A DNA stretch of 64,000 nt from a virus. Taxonomy: Duplodnaviria; Caudoviricetes. The notes beneath the pieces were generated by a model that saw only the letters and a list, made by a program, of their open reading frames with translations, was not told the DNA's origin and made no database searches. Shown piece after piece: positions 49,182-57,344 of the stretch. The stretch lies in the IMG/VR virus record IMGVR_UViG_3300014204_000111, positions 96,001 to 160,000 of that record. One strand, written 5' to 3'. The position numbers and the translations under genes are program-made. Numbering within the stretch: position 1 is the stretch's first letter; every line of letters starts with the position of its first letter.

Positions 49182-52100
49182 ATGACTCCAGAAGAATTAA
49201 TTGCTGCTAGACAATCTGTTCTTGACTCTTTACAAACATTTAGAAAAGAGAATAATCTTAGTCCGGTTTTAGACCCTAGGGGAGAGACTCCAGAAACTAG
49301 AAACACGCATAATATACAAAATATTTACCAACAAACACGTTATGGGCAAGAATATAGACATCCAGATAATCCATTTTTCCCTCCTGCTAATGAAGAAGAT
49401 TTTGGTCATGGAGGATTTGCTCCAGCATTAACACCAGAAGAAGAAGAGAAAATAAATATAAATGATACTTCTGAAACAGATTTACCTAATAATAATAGTA
49501 ATTTTTTATTTCCACAAGAATCTGTCAATCCTGAGATAAATAAAAAATGGAACGAGTACCAAAATAATATAAAAACAAGTAATATAGCTAAAATACATCG
49601 TTTAAACAAAAAACCATATGAACATCCTGATGAAACAATGTATCTAGGTGGAGAAAACTGGTCTCATGGAGGAATAAAAGATTTTATTCAACCATTAGAT
49701 GAAGGTATTTCCTCTTTATTTGATAAAATTACTTTTTCTAGAGATAATATAGAGAGAAACAAAGCAATAACAGAAAAATCTCCTCGATTTAATTCTAAAA
49801 AATTAATGCCAGAAACAGCTAATGCCTGGAGTAATTTTATAACTTCTCTTAAAATTCCTCATGGCGGAGATAATAATATTAATTTAAAAGAATTATTGAA
49901 AGAGACGGGATATGTTCACGGTCAATTAAATCCTGAAACAAAAGAAATATCTTGGAATGCAATACCTGAAAAAAAAGCGTGGACTCATAGTGATTTAACT
50001 AGAGAAATACCAGGAATAGTTTTAGGTGGTATACAAGGTATTGTACATCCTAAAACAAAAAAAGAACATTTAAATATTTCTTGGGTTGGTACTCCAGAAC
50101 ATTTAAGAAATCAAGGATTTGCTACTACATTAGAAACAGAAGCACATAAATTAGCAAAACAATCTGGATATGGAGGGCTATATTCTGATGAACAATTACA
50201 TCCTGAATTTACAAAACCAATTCATCAAAAACTAGGTAAACCATATACTCATTGGGGTAAAGAAGAATATTTCGGACATGGCGGAATGAAAGAAGATTAC
50301 ACTCATGTAGGTAATTATATAGGAGAAGTATTCAAACAACATCCAGATAGGAATATAGCTATTACACGCTTAAAAGATGAAGGTGTTATTAGTGGTAATC
50401 CTTCTTCTGGAAAAGATAAACAAGTATACTCTTTAAATACATTTTTACATCCTGAAACAGGCGATATTCAGCGTTTTAGAGGTGGAGTGCTTAAAGTAGT
50501 TCATCCTAATCAAGGTAGATATGCACAAGATGCTATGTTGGAAGAAGTTACTTCTTCTCAATTATATCCTAATGTAACTGTACCTGTTCATGCATATGAT
50601 AATCATAATTATAATTGGGCAATTGCGGATAAAGTAAAGCCTTTAATTTCTGGGTCAAGAGAGTATATTTTTGGGCAAGACCCAGATATGACAAGTTCAC
50701 AAAAATATGATGCAAATCGAAGAATAGAAGAAGGACAATCAAAATTAGAGGATTATTTAAATCGTTCTAGTCCAGAATTTTTACAAGAAATTTCTAAGAT
50801 AGGTGTTAAACCAGCAGAAACAGAGTGGGCTGCTAATTGGGGTATAACACCTGTTAGAAATGAACAAGGAAATGTTGTTAGAGACCCAAGAACCAAAAGA
50901 ACTCTTAAGAAGTTAGTCTTATTAGATTCTTCAAGAGCTGGACTAAATAAAGCTGTTCCTACTCCAGAAGAGATGATGAACACTATGTATGGACAAACTT
51001 TTGAAAAACTCCAAGAATTACAATTAATTGGTAAAAAACCTCTTGGAGAAGGAATGAGAAGAGTAGTATATCCTACTGCTAATCCAGGTATTGTTGCTAA
51101 AAGAGCAAAAATAAGTCCATCTGGTAAGGCTCATGTAGGAATGAACAATAATGGTGATGAAAGAAATAAATATTTAACTTTAAAAAATCAAGGATTAGAT
51201 AAACATGTAGCCGAAGTTTATGGATTAGTTCCTATTAAAGATAATAACATTCTTTTGCAAGAAAGAGTGCGTCCAATAGATATGGGAATTAAAGATGACG
51301 ATAAAATTTATGAAAAATATAACAAGCTTATTTCACCAGATATGCAAGATTTTTTTACTAATAGATTAGGAATTAATGATATTCATCCAGGAAATATGGG
51401 GATTAAAAAAGATAAAGAGACTGGAGAAAAATATCCTGTAGCTATTGATATTCCTAATAATATGGGTCATGGTGGAGAGAAATATGTTGGTCGAGATTAT
51501 GATAAAGTTTTAGAATGGCTAGAGAATACTCCGCGTGATGAAGTTACGGCACAATTAAAACCATTAGGTAGTGGTAGACATAGAGCAGTATATGCTTTTC
51601 CTAATAAATTTGCTAAAGAGCAATTTGGAGATATTTATCCAGAAATTGTATATAAAGACCCTGTGGCGTATCAAGGAACTCCTGCTAACGAAAGAGAAAT
51701 GAGAAATTGGCAACAATTAAAAGAACAGGGGAAGGCAGAATTAGCCGCTCCTGTTGTTGCACAAGCAAGATTAAAAGGTGGATATAGAGTAGGTATTTTA
51801 CAGAGAAGAATTAATCCTTTTCATGGTGATAAAGCCTTTGGTCAAAATACTCCGTGGGAAAGAGATGAAGAATTCACAAACGCAGGACTTAAAGATAGAG
51901 TTGGTTTTAATTTTGGTTTAACTAGAGTAATGCCAGATGGTTCATTAGGACAAAAAAGAACAGTGCAACATGATATAGCAGGTGCTCTTAACAAGGCAAT
52001 TAATGATTATGATGAAGTTGGAAATTTAATTAGAAATTCTAAACTAGAACAATTCAGTTCAATGCTCAAATTTATGGGACGAGAAGGTAAAGATAGAAGG

Positions 52101-55064
52101 GTTGGAACTTTAGACCATAAAATTGCTCAAAATTTATTAGGCAAAACTTATGCAGATTTTCTTAAAGTTAAACCAATAGTATTTAAAATTCCTATGGCAA
52201 ATAGTTGGGAACCTAACGCGAACAACATGGAGTATGAAAATTTTATGAATAAATATAAGGGACAAGAACTTGTTGTTCCAACTTTAGCTTCTTTTCATAC
52301 AAATGATAATAAGGTTATCAATATTCAACCTAAAGTAAATCCATTTAGGTCAGAAAAACAAATGATGCGGACTTTAACTTCTGATAGAGAGAATGAACTT
52401 TATGGAAAAACTGGATTACATGATTTAGGTTATCATAATTTAGCTAATACTAAAATAACAGATAATGGAGTATTAACCGACCATAATTCTGTAAGACCGT
52501 TTGATTATGTACATGGTGGAGATAAAAAGATTAGTTATGATACCAAGGGGCGTTTTATAAACTCTGGTGTTATGAGAGAAGTTCATCAATCTGCATTAAA
52601 TCCAAATCATGTAGTAAAAATTCCTTATGGAAGAGATGGAGAAGAGAATAATAGGGCAGAACGTGCTAGATATTTGAAATTAAAAAAATTAGGATTAACA
52701 GGAACTGGAGATTTAGAAAAAGATTTGACTATTGATATTCATGGTTTTGACCCTGAATCAGGTAGAAGTGTTGCTGAAAAAGCATATCCTATTCCGGGTT
52801 ATTTAGCAGAGTCAATATCTAGAGATTTAAGAACTGGGGGTAAAGCTGAGAATTTCCCTGAAACACTAAAAGATAGGGTACTACAATTACGGGAAATAAC
52901 GCGCAATCCTATGAATAGAAATATAAGTGATTTACATGGAAGTAATGCAATGTTTAATTCTCCATATAAAGGAGACTTCAATAATGAAGATGAATTTGTT
53001 AATTTTGCATCAAAACATTTAGTAACTGTAGATTTCAATGCAGGACATGATGGAGATAAAAATTCTTTATCTGAATTATTAAAAACTACTAAATATGTAT
53101 ATGGAGAGTTAAATCCTAAAACTAAGGCTATTAATTGGAATTCTATTGACCCAGTTGATGCTCTACCATTTAATCAGTTTACTAAGGAAAGTCCCCGTAT
53201 ATTATTGACCAATAGGTATGGTTATATACATCCTGAAACTAAGCAAGAGCATCTTACTATTTCTTGGGTTGGAGTTCCAGAAAAAATGAGAAAAAAGGGT
53301 TTTGCTACCGCATTAGAAACTGAAGCACATAAGTTAGCCAAACAGTCTGGATATGGAGGATTGTATTCTACACATCAAAATCATCCAGAGGCTACCAATT
53401 CTATTCATCAAAAATTAGGCAAAGTTATACAAGATAAAGAAGGTGCTGAATTTTTCAATAAAAGTAGAGAATATCATTGGCCTCTTGACCCTCTTGACCC
53501 TTCTTTGCCAACTAAACAGCCAATTACGGATATTAGTGCTTTACGTCCAGAATTTGCACAAGCAATTACAGAATTATTTAAACAAGCTAAACAACACGGA
53601 TATGATTTATATATTAGAGAAACATTTAGAACTAGACCTCGCCAAGATGAACTAAATAAGGAATGGCATGCTGGTCAAACTGGTTATGCACCTGATATTT
53701 ATGATGAACGTGGTAATTTAAATATTGATGATGCTAATTTTGCTCATGGACAAGGATTAGCTGCTGACATAGGAATTAAAGGATATGAAGAGAATGAAAC
53801 ACCTATTCACCATCAATTACATAAATTGCTTTTTAATATTAATCCTCAAATTATATCAGATAAGGTAATCCAGGGCGATGAAAATCATTATGAAGCATCA
53901 GACCAATATAGACAAAGTGTTGAAGTAGATTTAACTAAATCTCCATTTTATACTGAATATGTAAAGCGTTATGCTAATCCTACTCCGCAAGAATTGGATA
54001 AACCAGGAACTCAATTGCCAGAACAAAGTATGTTAAAAAGTATATTCGAAGCATTTGGTGTCGTTAAGGCTCTTTATTCTGGCCCAGACGATTCTTATGC
54101 ATATAGAGAAGGAGAAAATCCTCATCTAGATAATTCAAGAGCAACACTAGAAGCTATTAAAAATACTAAACTAGGTAAAAGAAGTAATTTTACAATTAAA
54201 AAACAATCAACATCTCCTCAAGTGTCGTTATCTCAATCTCCAGTTGTAACTCAACCAAGCCCTACTTTGTCTCAAGTAAATTTTACGTCACCTCAGAAAA
54301 TAGCTCCTCAATTATCACCTGATTTAGCTAAAGTTGCCACTGGATATAGTGATATATTAAGTAAATTAAGAGAACAACCAACTAGAAGTATGCCTCGACA
54401 AACAGATACATCAGGTGGATATGAATCTCCTATTCTTCCTAAACCTTCTCAGTTAGGTATGAGTGTACCTATGAGTCAATCTAAATTAAGAGATACTGGT
54501 CAAGGTTATACAGATAAACCTGGGGATAGAAGTCCAATTGTTCATCAATTAGGACAGAATCTTTTTGGAGAGACAGAATCTCAACCTAAAAATCTTAATT
54601 TATTCGGAGAATCATTTCCAGAGATACCTTCAACTCAAGAAACACAACCTAATGTTGGTTCTTTATTTGATGCTTCTTCACCATCTTTATTTGACTCTAA
54701 TACTATTCAAAATATGAGATATGGAGAAGCTGATATTCAATTAAAGAGAGAGAAAGAACAAGAAGCTATAAGACAAGCTCAACTTGAAGAACAAAAACAA
54801 CAAGAACTTCAAAGTAGACAAGCTCAAATACAATCAATTTTTAATAAAAATCCTCGTGATGTTGGAGGATTTGCCTATGATAAACTTAAAGAAGAGAATA
54901 AATTAGGTGGATTTGGAGGTATTTTAGCTCAAATAGCTGATAAAATTATTGGCCCTGCAACAGCTCCTCTTGGTGGCTTCAGCTTCGAAGAACAAAGAGC
55001 TAAAAATATGCTTGCTCAAGAAAAAAGAAATTTAGCAAATGAAATTAAAAAACGTCAAATATAG
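49182..55064 (+). CDS. Giant multi-enzyme protein: 2 GNAT + 5 kinase-like + M15 peptidase modules
   Basis: GNAT RNQGFAT/RKKGFAT; kinase G.G..R.VY, V.K, N..E, DxxxxN, hhD; M15 ETFRT..RQ, HGQGLAAD, DENHYE. ATG 49182 follows GAGGA. Confidence 0.85.
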   Translation: MTPEELIAARQSVLDSLQTFRKENNLSPVLDPRGETPETRNTHNIQNIYQQTRYGQEYRHPDNPFFPPANEEDFGHGGFAPALTPEEEEKININDTSETDLPNNNSNFLFPQESVNPEINKKWNEYQNNIKTSNIAKIHRLNKKPYEHPDETMYLGGENWSHGGIKDFIQPLDEGISSLFDKITFSRDNIERNKAITEKSPRFNSKKLMPETANAWSNFITSLKIPHGGDNNINLKELLKETGYVHGQLNPETKEISWNAIPEKKAWTHSDLTREIPGIVLGGIQGIVHPKTKKEHLNISWVGTPEHLRNQGFATTLETEAHKLAKQSGYGGLYSDEQLHPEFTKPIHQKLGKPYTHWGKEEYFGHGGMKEDYTHVGNYIGEVFKQHPDRNIAITRLKDEGVISGNPSSGKDKQVYSLNTFLHPETGDIQRFRGGVLKVVHPNQGRYAQDAMLEEVTSSQLYPNVTVPVHAYDNHNYNWAIADKVKPLISGSREYIFGQDPDMTSSQKYDANRRIEEGQSKLEDYLNRSSPEFLQEISKIGVKPAETEWAANWGITPVRNEQGNVVRDPRTKRTLKKLVLLDSSRAGLNKAVPTPEEMMNTMYGQTFEKLQELQLIGKKPLGEGMRRVVYPTANPGIVAKRAKISPSGKAHVGMNNNGDERNKYLTLKNQGLDKHVAEVYGLVPIKDNNILLQERVRPIDMGIKDDDKIYEKYNKLISPDMQDFFTNRLGINDIHPGNMGIKKDKETGEKYPVAIDIPNNMGHGGEKYVGRDYDKVLEWLENTPRDEVTAQLKPLGSGRHRAVYAFPNKFAKEQFGDIYPEIVYKDPVAYQGTPANEREMRNWQQLKEQGKAELAAPVVAQARLKGGYRVGILQRRINPFHGDKAFGQNTPWERDEEFTNAGLKDRVGFNFGLTRVMPDGSLGQKRTVQHDIAGALNKAINDYDEVGNLIRNSKLEQFSSMLKFMGREGKDRRVGTLDHKIAQNLLGKTYADFLKVKPIVFKIPMANSWEPNANNMEYENFMNKYKGQELVVPTLASFHTNDNKVINIQPKVNPFRSEKQMMRTLTSDRENELYGKTGLHDLGYHNLANTKITDNGVLTDHNSVRPFDYVHGGDKKISYDTKGRFINSGVMREVHQSALNPNHVVKIPYGRDGEENNRAERARYLKLKKLGLTGTGDLEKDLTIDIHGFDPESGRSVAEKAYPIPGYLAESISRDLRTGGKAENFPETLKDRVLQLREITRNPMNRNISDLHGSNAMFNSPYKGDFNNEDEFVNFASKHLVTVDFNAGHDGDKNSLSELLKTTKYVYGELNPKTKAINWNSIDPVDALPFNQFTKESPRILLTNRYGYIHPETKQEHLTISWVGVPEKMRKKGFATALETEAHKLAKQSGYGGLYSTHQNHPEATNSIHQKLGKVIQDKEGAEFFNKSREYHWPLDPLDPSLPTKQPITDISALRPEFAQAITELFKQAKQHGYDLYIRETFRTRPRQDELNKEWHAGQTGYAPDIYDERGNLNIDDANFAHGQGLAADIGIKGYEENETPIHHQLHKLLFNINPQIISDKVIQGDENHYEASDQYRQSVEVDLTKSPFYTEYVKRYANPTPQELDKPGTQLPEQSMLKSIFEAFGVVKALYSGPDDSYAYREGENPHLDNSRATLEAIKNTKLGKRSNFTIKKQSTSPQVSLSQSPVVTQPSPTLSQVNFTSPQKIAPQLSPDLAKVATGYSDILSKLREQPTRSMPRQTDTSGGYESPILPKPSQLGMSVPMSQSKLRDTGQGYTDKPGDRSPIVHQLGQNLFGETESQPKNLNLFGESFPEIPSTQETQPNVGSLFDASSPSLFDSNTIQNMRYGEADIQLKREKEQEAIRQAQLEEQKQQELQSRQAQIQSIFNKNPRDVGGFAYDKLKEENKLGGFGGILAQIADKIIGPATAPLGGFSFEEQRAKNMLAQEKRNLANEIKKRQI

Positions 55065-56529
55065 TATCAGAAACATGAAATGTAGATAGACAGAGAGACG
55101 ATACAATATCATCGAATCCTGTTCTTGGCTTATATTTAATATTACCACTATCTGTTGTTTCCGCTCTATAACCCTTGAGTTCTTTTTTTATCTCTGGAAT
55201 ATCCCATAATGCTAAAGCTTCTGAAGCTAATTTGACTCTTAATTTTTCAATCATTTCATTTTTATTTTGATTAGTAAATTTGAGACCTTTAATTACTATT
55301 GATACACCATATTTATCTTTTAATCTTTTAGCTACTTCTCTTGGAACAGATGAACCTTCTCCAGTTGCGTCTATAATTACTTTTAATTTTCTTTTACCAT
55401 TATGTTGTCTAAATATAAAATCAGTAATTCTCTCTATATTCTCATCGTCTCCAACTTGAGTATATCTTTGGAATCCTACCATTTTATAATCCCCAGTTAA
55501 TGCTGTACAAACTGTATAGTCATGTAATCTAGCATAGTCAATACCAATGGTAATTTCTTCGTTCGGAGCTGGGGTATAAAATTGACTTTTTGTTTCTCCG
55601 TATTCTATCCCCTTTTTGAACTCTACAGGAAACCAAATATCCTCATTAAACGAAAATACATCTCCCGCGATAGTATCAAACTTAGCTTCGTACTCTCTTG
55701 CAAAAATAGCTCTCGAATATGGAGTTCCTGTAGATTCGGCCTTTCTTTTCTCTTCATAATACTCAGAGATATCAGCAAAAGGATTCTCTAGAATATGCAT
55801 TCTAAATCCTCTCGCTCTTAATCTTGCTATCTTACTTGCTGCTTGATATGCTGTAATATCTCCAGACTTAAACATCTCTCTAATCTTATGTTCATCTTCT
55901 TCTGCTAATTGAAATCTCTCTGCAAAAAAGTTTATCTCTCTCGGAGAACTAATAGCAAACAATCTTCCCATATTATTTTCACGGGCAAGAGATGGTTTGA
56001 TTAAGTTAAAAGCGTCATCTTTAAGAATTGCAGCTTCGTCTATAACTACTAAATCAGCACTTTTACCAATTAAAGAGTCAGGATTATCTCCAGATAAACA
56101 AGTTAAAGTACTATGTTCAGAACCCATAGATGTACTTAAATGCATATCTTGTCTTGTATTTGAGCCAGAAACTTTGATGCTACGCAAGAAGTCACTTTTA
56201 ACAAAAGCAGTCCAAACTGTATCAAAAACAATTTTGGCTAACTGGTAAAAAGGAGCTACTAAAAATATCTTTCTGTTAGGTAAACAAAGTTCTTCTAATA
56301 CTCTTATAGCAGCAGTTTGAGATTTACCACTTCCACGAGAAGCAGTAATATACATTTCTTTTGCAGGACACATAAGAAGTTTTGTTTGTTTGTCAAATGG
56401 CACGTATTCTTCGCCAAATGACTCCCACAACTTCATCCTGTCCTCTCCTAGCCCTAAAGCTTCATCTCTATCTGTTAGTGGTGTTTTGTTTAAAAGTGCT
56501 CTAGGATTACTCGTCAGTGTGTTCTTCAA
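55045..56529 (-). CDS. terL: Terminase large subunit
   Basis: ASRGSGKS Walker A, VVIDEAA Walker B, ISSP, REYEA, GIDYARLHDYT, IDATGEG, DDIVSS. Confidence 0.95.
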   Translation of the reverse strand: MKNTLTSNPRALLNKTPLTDRDEALGLGEDRMKLWESFGEEYVPFDKQTKLLMCPAKEMYITASRGSGKSQTAAIRVLEELCLPNRKIFLVAPFYQLAKIVFDTVWTAFVKSDFLRSIKVSGSNTRQDMHLSTSMGSEHSTLTCLSGDNPDSLIGKSADLVVIDEAAILKDDAFNLIKPSLARENNMGRLFAISSPREINFFAERFQLAEEDEHKIREMFKSGDITAYQAASKIARLRARGFRMHILENPFADISEYYEEKRKAESTGTPYSRAIFAREYEAKFDTIAGDVFSFNEDIWFPVEFKKGIEYGETKSQFYTPAPNEEITIGIDYARLHDYTVCTALTGDYKMVGFQRYTQVGDDENIERITDFIFRQHNGKRKLKVIIDATGEGSSVPREVAKRLKDKYGVSIVIKGLKFTNQNKNEMIEKLRVKLASEALALWDIPEIKKELKGYRAETTDSGNIKYKPRTGFDDIVSSLCLSTFHVSDTIFDVF

Positions 56530-57238
56530 CTAATTCTTCCTCTAATATTAATTCATCTAATATTCCAGATTCAAAGAAAGTTATATCAATTTCTTGATTT
56601 TCTTCACTGTTAATATCTGTATTACTATCTATTTCTGCTTCATAACCTTCTTGGTTAACATCAAAATTATTTCTAAACTTTTCTCTTAAATTTTTATTAA
56701 GAGAGTCCATATATTTTAATTGTCCACTCTTTTGATGTTGTACAAGAATAGTTTTATCTTGTTTAAAACCATGTAATTCACTCTGAGAACCAATTGATTG
56801 TAAAACTACTTGTTTACATTTACTTACTACACCAAAAAATTTGTCTATAGGTAATGCAAGAACTTCTTTTTGCTCAAAAGGCAAAGAATCGTATATAGCT
56901 CCCTCTTTTAGTCTCTTTATTCCTTCTGCTCTAGTTCCTAATAAATATTCTATAGTAGCCCATTCCGAAGAGGCAACAGCTTCTGCTCTAGATAAAAGAA
57001 TTTGTCTTTGGTCAACACTTTCCTTCATTGTAGCTTCTTTTGAAGTTAACTCTAACGCTGCTTTATAATATCTTTTAACTTTGTTATAATCCCATTTAAT
57101 ATTTTTAGATTCTAAATTTTTTTGAATTTCAATAATACTACTGCAACCGTGAGAAATTGCGTCTACAATGAGACGAATATTCTTAGAAGTCTCTTCAATT
57201 GAAGGATTTCTGCTAACTAATTGGTTATTATCACTCAT
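56507..57238 (-). CDS. Putative terminase small subunit
   Basis: Overlaps the terL start; N-terminal HTH-like helices, acidic tail. Positional inference. Confidence 0.55.
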   Translation of the reverse strand: MSDNNQLVSRNPSIEETSKNIRLIVDAISHGCSSIIEIQKNLESKNIKWDYNKVKRYYKAALELTSKEATMKESVDQRQILLSRAEAVASSEWATIEYLLGTRAEGIKRLKEGAIYDSLPFEQKEVLALPIDKFFGVVSKCKQVVLQSIGSQSELHGFKQDKTILVQHQKSGQLKYMDSLNKNLREKFRNNFDVNQEGYEAEIDSNTDINSEENQEIDITFFESGILDELILEEELVEEHTDE

Positions 57239-57344
57239 AAACTTATGTTACCCACTTAGAAAGGGTAAGATATGATGTTGATAATAAACTTACTTACGAG
57301 ACAACAAGAATTGTTAACAAAAAATACGATGGAGCTAGCATTAA

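Noticed and set aside
49870-53453. The two GNAT copies as a DGR template/variable repeat pair
   Set aside because: Differences are not adenine-specific, both copies are in-frame coding, and no reverse transcriptase is present.
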